From: Acidobacteriota bacterium
Lineage (GTDB): Bacteria; Acidobacteriota; UBA6911; RPQK01; JAJDTT01
DNA length: 64,000 bases
Direction of reading: 5' to 3'
NCBI GenBank assembly: GCA_965217775.1
Contig: CBDCJH010000002.1
Span: forward strand, 5,920,001 to 5,984,000
The stretch's first letter is position 1, and each line of letters opens with the position of its first letter. Below the pieces are notes generated by a model. The model made no database searches. It worked only from the letters and a program-made list of their open reading frames with translations, and had not been told where the DNA came from. A program made the translations under genes and the position numbers. Shown here piece by piece: positions 48,904-59,000 of this stretch.

Positions 48904-48983
48904 TGGCGGGCTTCCTGGCGCGGCTCTGAAGCGTCGCGGACGCCGAGGACCTGGATGGGACCGGCCGGCATGGGAGGTAGAAC

Positions 48984-50162
48984 ATGGAATCGTGGAAACG
49001 GAAGCTGAGAATGGGAATGGTGGGAGGCGGCCAAGGCGCCTTCATCGGGGGTGTTCACCGCATGGCCGCCGCCCTGGACCAGCAGGCGGAGCTGGTGGCG
49101 GGCTGCTTCTCTCAGGATCCTGAGAACACCCGAATCACTGGAGAACAGTTGTATGCCGATCCTGCCCGCTGCTATGCCACGTATCAGGAGATGGCGGCCC
49201 GGGAGTCGGAGTTGCCGGCGGACAGGCGGATCGACTTCGTCAGCGTCGTGACCCCCAATGCCTCCCATTTCGACATCTCCAGAACCTTTCTGGAGGCGGG
49301 CATCCACGTCGTGTGCGACAAACCCATGACCTACTCCCTGGCGCAAGCGGACGAGTTGTGCCGGCTGGTGGAGCGGACAGGCCTGGTCTTCGGCCTGACC
49401 CACAACTACACGGGACATCCTTTGATCCGGCACGCCCGCCATCTTTTCCATACCGGCCAGATGGGTACGGTGCGCAAGGTCATCGTCGAGTATTTGCAGG
49501 ATTTCCTCTCGGTCCCGCACGAAAAGCTGGGGCAAAAGCAGGCCTCGTGGCGGGTGGACCCGGCCCAGGCCGGTGCGGGAGGGACTCTAGGCGATCTGGG
49601 AGTCCACTGTCTGAACCTGCTGGAGTACGTGACCGGAGATCCCGTGACCTCGATCTGCGCCGACACGAGCCATTTTCTTCCGGACCGGACACTGGACGAG
49701 GACGCCAATATCCTCTTGAGGCTCAAAGGGGGCGGCAAGGGTGTTTTGACCATCAGTCAAATCGCCACCGGCGAAGAGAACGGGCTGCGCCTGAGAGTGT
49801 ATGCGTCGGAGGGAGCCATCCTCTGGGCCCAGGAGGATCCGAACCAGATGCAATTCTACCGATACGGTGAGCCCCGTCAGACTCTCACCCGCGGGCGCGG
49901 CGAGTACCTGGACGAAGCGGCCGGAGCCGTGACCCGTATTCCACCGGGGCATCCGGAGGGGTACCTGGAGGCCTTCGCCACCATCTACTGCGGCGCCGTC
50001 GAGGCGATCCGGCGGCATTTGGAGGGCGCGCCGCTGAAACCGGAAGAATACGGCTGTCCCAACGTCTATGACGGGCGCCGGGGATTGGAGTTCATCGAGA
50101 AGGCTGTGGAGTCCAGCGGCCGGGGCGCGGTCTGGATCGAGATGTCGGAGGGAGCTCCGTGA
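48984..50162 (+). CDS. Gfo/Idh/MocA oxidoreductase (cytoplasmic)
   Basis: GMVGGGQGAFIG.VHR, VTPN, CDKP, GDLGVH, PPGHPEGYLEAFA. Confidence 0.92.
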   Translation: MESWKRKLRMGMVGGGQGAFIGGVHRMAAALDQQAELVAGCFSQDPENTRITGEQLYADPARCYATYQEMAARESELPADRRIDFVSVVTPNASHFDISRTFLEAGIHVVCDKPMTYSLAQADELCRLVERTGLVFGLTHNYTGHPLIRHARHLFHTGQMGTVRKVIVEYLQDFLSVPHEKLGQKQASWRVDPAQAGAGGTLGDLGVHCLNLLEYVTGDPVTSICADTSHFLPDRTLDEDANILLRLKGGGKGVLTISQIATGEENGLRLRVYASEGAILWAQEDPNQMQFYRYGEPRQTLTRGRGEYLDEAAGAVTRIPPGHPEGYLEAFATIYCGAVEAIRRHLEGAPLKPEEYGCPNVYDGRRGLEFIEKAVESSGRGAVWIEMSEGAP

Positions 50163-51424
50163 AGACGACACTGGTTTCCGCATTTCTGGGTCTGTTGCTG
50201 GCTATTCCGTCCTCCCCCGCGTTGCGCGCCGGAGAGCCGGAACCGGGTTTCATCTCCCTTTTCAACGGCCGGGACCTGACCGGATGGAGGACGATCCGAC
50301 AGCGGAATCAGGGTTGGCTGGTCCGGGACGGCCTTCTGATCTGTCCCGAAGGGGAGGGGGCCAAGCTCCTGACGGAGAAGGAATACGCCGACTTCATTCT
50401 GCGCTTCGAGTTCAAGCTGCGGCCGGGAGGCAACAATGGCGTCGGCGTCCGGGCTCCCATGGATGGACACGCCTCCATCGAGGGCATGGAGATCCAGATT
50501 CTGGACAACACGGCGACCAAGTACGCCGGGATCAAGCCCTATCAGGCGCATGGATCGGTCTACGGACTGGTTCCGGCCCGCCGCGGCGCGCTGGCGCCGG
50601 TGGGGGAATGGAACCGGCAGGAGATCGCGCTCCTGGGCCGCCGGGTGAAGGTCACGCTCAATGGAACGGTGATCGTCAGCGCTAATCTGAACGACATCCG
50701 CGACGCCGAGGTTCTCCAAAGGCATCCGGGAATGATGCGCTCCCGAGGGCATGTGGGTCTTCTGGGGCATTCCACTCACGTGGAGTTTCGAAACATCCGC
50801 ATCAAGGACCTGGGTGGGGAGCAGCCGGACAATCTGGCTCCCGAGGGTTTTCAGGCCCTGTTCAACGGCATGGACCTGGAGGGCTGGAAAGGCTTGGTGG
50901 CCAATCCCAAGAAACGGGCCGCCATGGACCCGGCGGAACTGGCGGCGGCCCAGCGCGAGGCGGACGCCAAAATGCGGAAGCATTGGACGGTCGAAGAGGG
51001 TGTGCTGCTCTTCGAAGGCAAGGGCGGCAGCCTCTGCAGCCGCCAGGACTTTCGAAACTTCGAATTGTGGGTCGATTGGAAGATCGAGCCCAAGGGAGAC
51101 AGTGGCATCTACCTGCGAGGGAGTCCCCAGATTCAGATCTGGGCAGACCCCGAGGGCTCAGGGGCCATGTGGAACAACAAGAAGAACCCGTCCAAGCCCA
51201 AGTTGGCGGCCGACAATCCGGTGGGGGAGTGGAACCAGTTCCGGATCCTCATGTCCGGCGAGAAGGTGACCGTCTGGCTCAACCACCGCCTGGTGGTCCA
51301 TAAGACCACCATGGAGAACTACTGGGAGCGGGACAAGCCCATCTATCCCACGGGCGCCATCGAGCTCCAGGCCCACGGGAACCCCCTCTACTTCAAGAAC
51401 GTCTACGTCCGCCGGCTCGACTGA
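50159..51424 (+). CDS. Tandem DUF1080 (3-keto-disaccharide hydrolase-like) secreted protein
   Basis: Two copies of LFNG.DL.GW...EIQI...GEWN...F.NI; signal peptide. Confidence 0.9.
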   Translation: MKTTLVSAFLGLLLAIPSSPALRAGEPEPGFISLFNGRDLTGWRTIRQRNQGWLVRDGLLICPEGEGAKLLTEKEYADFILRFEFKLRPGGNNGVGVRAPMDGHASIEGMEIQILDNTATKYAGIKPYQAHGSVYGLVPARRGALAPVGEWNRQEIALLGRRVKVTLNGTVIVSANLNDIRDAEVLQRHPGMMRSRGHVGLLGHSTHVEFRNIRIKDLGGEQPDNLAPEGFQALFNGMDLEGWKGLVANPKKRAAMDPAELAAAQREADAKMRKHWTVEEGVLLFEGKGGSLCSRQDFRNFELWVDWKIEPKGDSGIYLRGSPQIQIWADPEGSGAMWNNKKNPSKPKLAADNPVGEWNQFRILMSGEKVTVWLNHRLVVHKTTMENYWERDKPIYPTGAIELQAHGNPLYFKNVYVRRLD

Positions 51425-51426
51425 AA

Positions 51427-52032
51427 TCAGGATTCGGGCGCCACGGCGTTGCGGACCAGAAGGTGAAGGGATTCCGGCAGCGTTCCGGCCACCGCCAGGG
51501 CTGCCTCCCGCCCCTGCAGGGACATCTTTCGCCAAGTCTTCCGAAGGATGTCGGCCAGTTTGGCGTCGTCGTGCATCCGGGAGAATGCCTCGAACTCGTT
51601 CTCCAGGAAGACCAGGCAGACGGCGTCCTCCAGAAGCTGCGACTCCCGATCCAGCTTGAGGCGCAGTTTCCGGACCAGCGCCTGGACCCGTCCGATGGTG
51701 GTCGCGCCGTATCCTGACGCCCCGAGTATGCGTCCCGCCTCCTGGGCGTGGTATTGGGCGAGAGTCTTCCGCCACCGTCTGTAGCCCGCTCCCCCCAGCG
51801 GGTAGCGGTCACGGGGAATGGTCCAGCGGCGAATGTGCTGGCAATGGGCCGCCAAGACCAGCGCTTCCGAAGCCTCCGGCTCCAGCCGGAGGACCCACGC
51901 CACCAGCCGGCGGTGGTAGTGGACGGACCAGGGGACCTGTCCACCTCCCGTCTCCACGGTGACCGGATCTTCGCAATGCGCCTCCTGGAATCGGGCGACA
52001 GCCACCTGAAATCGGGAGTGGTCGACAAGCAT
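51427..52032 (-). CDS. DUF4202 domain-containing protein
   Basis: ASEAL.LAA.CQHI.RW.IPR..YP.G..GY..WR, LEDAVCLVFL, KTWRKMS. Confidence 0.88.
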   Translation of the reverse strand: MLVDHSRFQVAVARFQEAHCEDPVTVETGGGQVPWSVHYHRRLVAWVLRLEPEASEALVLAAHCQHIRRWTIPRDRYPLGGAGYRRWRKTLAQYHAQEAGRILGASGYGATTIGRVQALVRKLRLKLDRESQLLEDAVCLVFLENEFEAFSRMHDDAKLADILRKTWRKMSLQGREAALAVAGTLPESLHLLVRNAVAPES

Positions 52033-52270
52033 CTTCCGATGACTATATCAGCCCGATCTTGCCCGCCGCTAAGGGATGCGAGCTTAGCGCTGAACGCGCA
52101 GCGGCAAAAGCGGCGACCGATGCACCATGAGCCTGGCGAGCAACGTGAAACGTTTCCGGGGCGAGAGCGGATCGGAGCCACGCGCGGCGTGGCGGTTCAT
52201 TCAGAAGGATGTCGTGGCCCTGGACCGAGGCCGCGTTTCCAGACAGGAGGCCTTCTTGTAGACTGTTTCC

Positions 52271-53578
52271 ATGATCCGCCGCATCGAAGCCCTGAACTTT
52301 CGTTGCCTGCGCTACGTGGATGTTCACCTCGACGGCTCGTTTCACATCCTGGTCGGCCCCAACGCCAGCGGGAAGAGCACCCTGCTCGACGTGATCGGTT
52401 TTCTGGGCGACCTCATTCGCGATGGACTCGACGCGGCCGTCGACCGGCGCACCCGAAACTTCCAGGATCTGGTGTGGAATCGCCCGAGAAAGAACCCCGG
52501 TTTCGAGTTGGCAGTGGAGTTCGACATTCCCGAGGCGTTTGCACGCAAGCTGCCTGATAAGGAGGATTATCGAACCTTCCGATACGAGATCGCCGTCCGG
52601 GAGGGAAATGATGGCCTCGGCATCGCTTCCGAAGGAGGCTTTCTGGGTACTGGGTGGCGGACGATCCCCGAGGAAAACCCGTCGTTTGACGAAGACCCAT
52701 TCTCGCTGACAAGGAATTTTCCGTCGTCCAGACCGACCCCGAAGTCGATTCTCACAAATGCCGATGACTACGACTATCGCCCTGTCCTCCAAAAGTCCGC
52801 GAAGGGTACCGACTCCTTCAACATGGAGGCATCACGGCGTCACGCGTATTTAAGTAGTTCGGATTTGAGCATCAGGTTCGGCCCGCGCCGCTCCACGCTC
52901 AAGAATCTGCCGGAAGACTCGAAGCGGTTTCCGGTTGCCACCTATGTGAAGCGGGTCCTGGAATCAGGCGTACAAAAGTTGTTTCTTGACAGCTGGCGGT
53001 TACGGCGGGCCAGTTCGCCAAATACCCGTCGCGTGGGCTTCGTTCCGGATGGCTCCAACCTCGCCTGGGCAATTCAGCGGCTTGGCAAGATCGATCCCGC
53101 GAAATCAACGGAATGGCTTGAACACGTCCGCACGGCGCTCCGCGAAATCGAAGACATTCGCGTCGTGGAACGGGAAGACGACCGCCACGCGTACCTGATG
53201 CTCCGCTACGCGACGGGAGTGGAAGTTCCGTCCTGGACGGTCTCCGACGGCACCTTGCGGCTGCTGGCACTGACGCTTGCGGCGTATCTGCCCGACAGCG
53301 AAAAGATCTACCTGCTGGAGGAACCGGAAAACGGAATACACCCCATGGCCGTCGAGACCGTGTACCAGTCACTCTCCTCCGTTTACGACTCGCAGGTGCT
53401 GGTCGCCACTCATTCCCCGGTCTTTCTGAGTTGTTCCGAGCCGAAGGAGATCTTGTGCTTCGCCAAGAACGACGAGGGCGCCACGGACATCATCGCCGGA
53501 CACCAGCACCCGCGGTTGGCGGATTGGCGCAGCTCCGCCGACGTAGATCTGCTCTTTGCTTCCGAGGTATTCGGGTGA
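52271..53578 (+). CDS. ABC/AAA_21-type ATPase, MAD3-like (putative defence ATPase)
   Basis: Walker A GPNASGKST, signature VSDGTLRLL, Walker B LLEEPENGIHP, H-loop ATHS; more AT-rich codons than neighbours. Confidence 0.85.
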   Translation: MIRRIEALNFRCLRYVDVHLDGSFHILVGPNASGKSTLLDVIGFLGDLIRDGLDAAVDRRTRNFQDLVWNRPRKNPGFELAVEFDIPEAFARKLPDKEDYRTFRYEIAVREGNDGLGIASEGGFLGTGWRTIPEENPSFDEDPFSLTRNFPSSRPTPKSILTNADDYDYRPVLQKSAKGTDSFNMEASRRHAYLSSSDLSIRFGPRRSTLKNLPEDSKRFPVATYVKRVLESGVQKLFLDSWRLRRASSPNTRRVGFVPDGSNLAWAIQRLGKIDPAKSTEWLEHVRTALREIEDIRVVEREDDRHAYLMLRYATGVEVPSWTVSDGTLRLLALTLAAYLPDSEKIYLLEEPENGIHPMAVETVYQSLSSVYDSQVLVATHSPVFLSCSEPKEILCFAKNDEGATDIIAGHQHPRLADWRSSADVDLLFASEVFG

Positions 53579-53580
53579 CG

Positions 53581-54208
53581 ATGGGGCGCCAACAGAAGGA
53601 TCTGTTCGTGCTCGTCGCGGATCAGGACATGTACCAAGCCATGCAGAAACTGTTGGCACGTGGCGAAGGTCTTGGAATCCGTTCCATCAGATACTCTGTT
53701 GGTAGACATCTGCAGCGCGATCCGGGCTGTCGAACCGATGCGTCTCGATATCTTCGCCACCGCATTCGCTTTTACCGGTATGCACTCGTAGTGTTCGACA
53801 GAGAAGGTTGCGGTGACGACGCGCCGCGTGGGGAAATTCAGCACAATGTCGAGTGTAACCTGGAGCGCAACGGCTAGGAGCCTGCGCCGCAGAAATTGAT
53901 CTACTGCGAAAGCGGTAGAATCGGTCCAGATTTCCCCGATTTCTCGGCGAATAGAACGACTATGCACCTCAAAATCGAGAAAATCTGGCCTCGATTCCCC
54001 ACTTTCTCGCTACGATCATTTCTACCGCGCAGACTCCTAGAGTGGTCGATCAAAAGCAATCGTGATCGATCCGGAACTTGAGGCGTGGGTTTGGGGCGAT
54101 TCTCAGCGCGTTGCCGAAGTTCTGGGCTGGGGCACCGACTATTCGGGTTTACGGAACTGGCTGTAATCTCAAGATCTTTGGCCGCGCGAATGCCCGAAAC
54201 CTCCGAAA
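53581..54208 (+). pseudogene. MAD4-like (Toprim-like) partner of the ATPase, interrupted
   Basis: KDLFVLVADQDM...RDPGC...ALVVFDREGCG stops at TAG 53875-53877; after the MITE the frame resumes SGRSKAIVIDPELEAWVW...LRNWL, hits TAA 54164-54166, then LWP..CPKP. Confidence 0.75.
53878..54036. mobile_element. MITE family C copy 1 (159 bp)
   Basis: Imperfect TIRs GAGCCTGCGCCGCAGAAAT / ATTTCTACCGCGCAGACTC; CTAG at 53874-53877 and 54037-54040; near-identical to 61323-61481. Confidence 0.92.
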
Positions 54209-54283
54209 CTTCTTCGCCGGAGCGGTGCTTTTCAGCCGCCGGCTCTTCCTCCGGTCCCGTCGTGCTCCGCTTTGGACCGAAGA

Positions 54284-54308
54284 GGGCACCCACAAGGGGC
54301 GCCCCTAC
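54284..54308 (-). repeat. GTAG-type REP-like palindrome
   Basis: Minus strand GTAGGGGCGCCCCTTGTGGGTGCCC. Confidence 0.75.
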
Positions 54309-54498
54309 CAAATTATTCTTCGTCAATTCGCACAAGAATTCGAGATTGAGGAACTAAATCAGGGCCGCATCCCCTTACCGGAAACTGGACCTACGGACAT
54401 TTGCGGGCAAATGCATTAGCAATTCAGGATCGTGATCTTCACGTAACTCGCTCCGGAATAGTCTCCTTCAAATCCCGGCGTCTCCTCTGGAGACCCGC

Positions 54499-55725
54499 TC
54501 AATAGGACACCAGGTGAGGCCGGAGGGCATCCTCGTCGAACTCCACGCCCAGACCCGGGCGGTCGGGCACCAGCAAGGCTCCGTCCTGAAATACCAGAGG
54601 TTCCTTGAGCACTTCGTCGCGCCAGGGAATGCGGCTGGGGGCGATCCACTCCAGAATGAGCGGGTTGGGAATGGCGGCCATGACATGAGCGGCGGCCATG
54701 GTCCCGACCGGTCCCTTGGTGTTGTGCGGCGCGATGGAGACCTGATGGGTTTCGGCCAGCGCACAGACTTTCTTCATCTCCGTGATGCCGCCGATGTAGA
54801 CGGGGTCGGGCTGTGCCACGTCGACGGCGCCGGCCCGGAAGAAGTCGTTGAAACGGTGCTTGTTGGTCAGGCGTTCGGAACCTGCGATGGGGGTCAGGGT
54901 GCCTTGCCGCACTTGAGCGTATCCGGCGGGGTCTTCCGGGATGGTAGGTTCTTCCAGAAACAGCAGGCGATACGGTTCCAGAAGACGGGCGACCTCCAGC
55001 GCGGCGCCGGGAGCGAAGGCGGCATGCGGATCGTCCATCAGCAGCACCTCTTCCCCCAGCGACCGGCGAAGGGCGGCATAACGCCGGTCGATGTTCCTCA
55101 GCTCCTGACGGCTGATCCCGGGTCCCCGAGTCTCCTGGATGGTGATGCCCGACTTGAGCGCCTTGAAGCCCTCGCCCAGGACCCTCTGCGCGTTGGCCAC
55201 CAGCGTGTCCTCATCCCGTCCGCCGAAATGGGAGTAAACGGGAATTCGGGCAGAGCGGGGGCCGCCCAGAAGGGTGCAGACCGGGGCTCCCAGGGCCTTT
55301 CCCTTCAGGTCCCAAAGAGCCTGGTCGATGCCGCTGATGGCGCTGGTGAAGATGATCCCTCCGGTTCGATAGGCGGTGCCGCCACCGGAGTAGAGGTCCC
55401 GATAGATGCCTTCGATGTCGAGAGCGTCCCGGCCCAGGATGTAGGATTTGAGCTCTTCGACCATTCGAGCGACCACCGTCTCCTTCCGGCTGTAGGTCGC
55501 CTCGCCGATGCCGGTCAGGCCTTCCCCGGTGTGGACCCGCACGTGGGTCCACTTGCGCCCGCAGTCGGACTGAACCAGTTGAACGGTGATGTCCCGGATC
55601 GGCAAGGAGACACCGGACTCGGCCGTTGAAGCCCGGCCGCGAGCCACGCCGGAGCCGCGCGCGCCAAGCCCCCACATCCCGGACCCGAATCCGGCGGTCT
55701 GCAGGAGAAACCTTCTTCGGTTCAT
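54499..55725 (-). CDS. Galactonate dehydratase-like enolase-superfamily protein with Tat signal
   Basis: RRRFL, GIGEAT, SGIDQALWDLKGKALG.P...LLGG, DDPH, EEP, GSERL, QPD, APHN, PGLGV. Confidence 0.9.
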   Translation of the reverse strand: MNRRRFLLQTAGFGSGMWGLGARGSGVARGRASTAESGVSLPIRDITVQLVQSDCGRKWTHVRVHTGEGLTGIGEATYSRKETVVARMVEELKSYILGRDALDIEGIYRDLYSGGGTAYRTGGIIFTSAISGIDQALWDLKGKALGAPVCTLLGGPRSARIPVYSHFGGRDEDTLVANAQRVLGEGFKALKSGITIQETRGPGISRQELRNIDRRYAALRRSLGEEVLLMDDPHAAFAPGAALEVARLLEPYRLLFLEEPTIPEDPAGYAQVRQGTLTPIAGSERLTNKHRFNDFFRAGAVDVAQPDPVYIGGITEMKKVCALAETHQVSIAPHNTKGPVGTMAAAHVMAAIPNPLILEWIAPSRIPWRDEVLKEPLVFQDGALLVPDRPGLGVEFDEDALRPHLVSY

Positions 55726-55775
55726 GGTGGAAGCCTCTCTGTCCAAAGGTTCGGAACCCGAAGTCCGACCTCGTT

Positions 55776-57482
55776 TCACGACGGTTCGATACGATCGGCC
55801 CCCTCGATCCCCTCGGGACGGGCGAAGCTCCGATACCGCGTCTGGATCTCCACTCCGCTGACGAAGCGCGTCCAGCTTGCCGTCGGCGTCAGCCTCCGGG
55901 CCAGGATCTCGACCGTGTTCTCTCCCTGTTTCAGAAGTTCCGGATCCAGCTTCGTCCGGAGCCAGTGGGCGGCAAAACCGGACGGCGCCTCGATGGGCCG
56001 GCGCAGGCGGACCGGAATTCGAAGCGCGCGTTCATCCGTCACTTCGAAGCGCTCCAGGGGCAGAAGCCGTCCGTTGAAGCGGATCCGGATCTCGTCCTCC
56101 ACCGGGAAGTTCTGAAGCCGGAGGGTGAGCCTGGGTCTCCTCAGCTCGCCGTCTTTCTCCGCTCCCTTCAGATCGTCGGCGACCTGAAGCGTCAAACTGG
56201 CCCACTCGCCTTCTTTCAGTGCGAGTGGCAGCATTCGTTTCGGCGGTGGATCGGTGAAGGTTCCGGCTCCTTCCACCGGCTGGAGAAAGTAACGCTTGTC
56301 CTCTCGTTGGTAGGTCTCCGGATAGGCCATCTCCCGGAGGATCTGATGCTCCTTCCGGTCCAGGGGCCAGCGCAGGTAGCCGAGATAGAGGCCGGTGGCT
56401 CCCTGGGACCTGAGGGACTGTCCCAGGGCTCGATACATCTCGATGGTGGGTCGGGGCGTCCTTTCGTCGTAGACTCTCAAGGGAGGACGGACATAGACTC
56501 CGGCCCTTTGCCCGGACGCCTCCACCAGCCAACCCACGTCCACGGCCGGCTCGAAGAGCTGGTCCGGGACCTGGCCCACCACCAGATCCAGGTTGCCCTG
56601 GCGGAGCCACGCTTCAACGTCGAGGCCCAGCTTGAGGTTCTCGTCCTTCCGGTGGAACACGCGGGCGCTGACGGTAACGGGTCGATTCCGCTTGCGGCCG
56701 ACCTCATCGGCCAACTCGCGGACCTGGCTCACGAAGCGGTTCATGAGGGGGATGTTCTTCTCCACTTCCCGCTGCTTGAAGTAGGAGGCGAAGAACATGA
56801 AGTCCAACTCGATGCCGTCGGCTCGGTAGTCTTCCAGAACCTCACGGACCATGGCCAACTTGTCCGCCCGGACGCTCTCCAGGGAGAAGTCATAGCAGAA
56901 CTGGAATCCGGGATGTTTCTCATCCGTCTCCCCGATGCAGACTGACTTTCCCCGTCTCCACTTGAGCCACCCGCAACGCTGGGAGCCGGGTCTGTTCCCG
57001 TCCTGAAGCTTCAAGCTGGGGAGAACCGGAAGTCTCTCTTTCCGTCCCCGTCGGATCACCTCGCGGAGCTGGTCCGTCCCCAGCTTTCTGGCGTCCCGAA
57101 CCATGCACATGATCCGCCAGTCGATGATGTGTTCCCAGGTCTGCTTCTCCTGTCCCACCACTCGCCCGGCCTTGCTGGCGTGGAAATACACGTCGCCATA
57201 GCCCAACCCCAGGACCAGCATTCCCACTCCCGTTCCCAGCACTTCGTCCACCGGCCGCTGGAGCTGAAAGCGGCTCACCGGCGGATCGATCCTCTTGGCA
57301 TGGAAGTGGTGGGCGTCGTTGTAGTAGATGAGGCGAGGCAGCGTCGGAACGCCACGATCCGCGGCGGCCGGCGCTGCTCGGCCCGATTCGCGGGCAGAGA
57401 CCCCACGGGACGCCGCCAGCGAGGTGGCCGCTACTCCCGGCCCCACGCCCACGAATCGTCTCCGTGTCCAGTTCGGTTTCAT
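55776..57482 (-). CDS. Tat-exported glycoside-hydrolase-like TIM-barrel protein
   Basis: TRRRFV, IYYNDAHH, YDFS...VR, DGIELDF, GLDVEAW; C-terminal beta domain. Confidence 0.7.
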   Translation of the reverse strand: MKPNWTRRRFVGVGPGVAATSLAASRGVSARESGRAAPAAADRGVPTLPRLIYYNDAHHFHAKRIDPPVSRFQLQRPVDEVLGTGVGMLVLGLGYGDVYFHASKAGRVVGQEKQTWEHIIDWRIMCMVRDARKLGTDQLREVIRRGRKERLPVLPSLKLQDGNRPGSQRCGWLKWRRGKSVCIGETDEKHPGFQFCYDFSLESVRADKLAMVREVLEDYRADGIELDFMFFASYFKQREVEKNIPLMNRFVSQVRELADEVGRKRNRPVTVSARVFHRKDENLKLGLDVEAWLRQGNLDLVVGQVPDQLFEPAVDVGWLVEASGQRAGVYVRPPLRVYDERTPRPTIEMYRALGQSLRSQGATGLYLGYLRWPLDRKEHQILREMAYPETYQREDKRYFLQPVEGAGTFTDPPPKRMLPLALKEGEWASLTLQVADDLKGAEKDGELRRPRLTLRLQNFPVEDEIRIRFNGRLLPLERFEVTDERALRIPVRLRRPIEAPSGFAAHWLRTKLDPELLKQGENTVEILARRLTPTASWTRFVSGVEIQTRYRSFARPEGIEGADRIEPS

Positions 57483-57516
57483 GGTCAGGGGGCTCCTGTA
57501 GCCACTGCGCCGGATT

Positions 57517-58809
57517 CTATCCCTGGGGATCCCGTTTCCAGCCTTCCATCTGCTCCCGGTACCACTCTTCCCCGTGCACTTCCTTCTTGTTGAGGTACCG
57601 GCTGATGTGGGGGAGGATTTTCAGCTCCCGGTCCTTAACCGGAAGCCGAACGGGGGCGTAACCCTGGCGGTGCGACTGCCGCAGGGCGATGCCCAACTCC
57701 AGGGCCAGCCGGAGGTCGTCTCCGCTGGTTCGCGGCGGGATTCCCTTTTCCAGGGCGTCCACCAGGGACTGGATTCCGGCCATCTGACGGGTGCCGGGGT
57801 GCCGCCACCCTTCCTCGTCATAGACCCTCCGCCCGAGTCCCGAATCGGGGTACAGTCCCCGGATTTCCTCCAGGCTGTCCCGCCGTCGAGGATCCTTGGC
57901 ACTGGCCTTCATCCGGAAGAGGCGGAACGTATACCAGTCGCTCAAGAAGACCCCTTTGCTGCAGAGCACCTCGATCCCCATACGAGCCACAGGCTGGTTG
58001 TGAATGAAGCACTCTATGCCGTTGCTGAAGCGGACGGTTCCGCCCATGCCCTGGTCCTGGTCGCTGAAGGGATCTCCGCGGGTCCAGCCACACACCCACT
58101 CCACGGGTGCATCCCGGGCGAACAGCCTCATGACGCTCAGGCCCTGGCACCCGCCCCCGGAGATCTCGTTGGTGGACTGGTAGAGGTTCAGGCCGCGGAC
58201 TTCGCCCAACTCCCCGGATTCCAAGGCGTCTCGAGCCTGCCAGAACTGGGGAAAGTTGCGGTACATGTCGCCGCCGGCGAAGACGATTCCCTTTCTCTTG
58301 CAGGCTTCGACCATCTCGTCCGCCTGCCGTAGACTGGCGGAAATCGGTTTCTCGCAGTAGATCGCCTTGACCGGGAACTCGGTACATCCCACGACCACGC
58401 CCGGGTTGGCTTTCACCGGAAGGATAGGCGAGACGATGTCCACCTTCTCCCGGGCCAGCATCTCCCTGTAGTCCCTGTATCCCGGAACGCCGAACCTTCT
58501 GGTGAAAAGCTCCAGGTTCTCCGGGTCGATATCGGCGGCGGCCACGACCTCCGTCCTGGGATGGAGCACATAGCCCCTGGCGTAGCCGGTCCCCTTGCGG
58601 CCGCACCCCACGATGGCGGCCCGGTACGGGGACCCCGTGGCGGGCGTAGCAGCCTTGAGGGAGGACTCCTGCGAGGCGACCGCGAACAGGGAGACTCCGC
58701 CGGCCCGAAGGAATTCACGCCGGTTATGACCCGAGGCTTCCCGGGAAGAGGTCTCGATGTCTTGAGCCCCGGTCGTGCCAACGACGGAAAAGTTTTTTGG
58801 CCTCATCAT
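57517..58809 (-). CDS. Gfo/Idh/MocA oxidoreductase with Tat signal
   Basis: RREFL, AIVGCGRKG, YCEKP, GELGEV. Confidence 0.88.
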   Translation of the reverse strand: MMRPKNFSVVGTTGAQDIETSSREASGHNRREFLRAGGVSLFAVASQESSLKAATPATGSPYRAAIVGCGRKGTGYARGYVLHPRTEVVAAADIDPENLELFTRRFGVPGYRDYREMLAREKVDIVSPILPVKANPGVVVGCTEFPVKAIYCEKPISASLRQADEMVEACKRKGIVFAGGDMYRNFPQFWQARDALESGELGEVRGLNLYQSTNEISGGGCQGLSVMRLFARDAPVEWVCGWTRGDPFSDQDQGMGGTVRFSNGIECFIHNQPVARMGIEVLCSKGVFLSDWYTFRLFRMKASAKDPRRRDSLEEIRGLYPDSGLGRRVYDEEGWRHPGTRQMAGIQSLVDALEKGIPPRTSGDDLRLALELGIALRQSHRQGYAPVRLPVKDRELKILPHISRYLNKKEVHGEEWYREQMEGWKRDPQG

Positions 58810-59000
58810 TGCACCCCGTGGTTGATCGAGCCCTCGTCGGACGGTCTGGAAACCCTTGCCAGACTGGAGTTCCTGACTGGTTCAAGAGAGTACCCATGGC
58901 CTTGGCCTGTTGGCAAATCCGGAGGCTGTCCTGCAGCCGTGTGCCCGCAAGGCGGCCAACCCGTCCTCGCCCCGGGGAATACGGGAAGACGGGAAATGGT

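Noticed and set aside
53896-54081. Duplicated small ORF MIYCESGRIG (also 61341-61577)
   Set aside because: Both are reading frames within MITE family C, not independent genes
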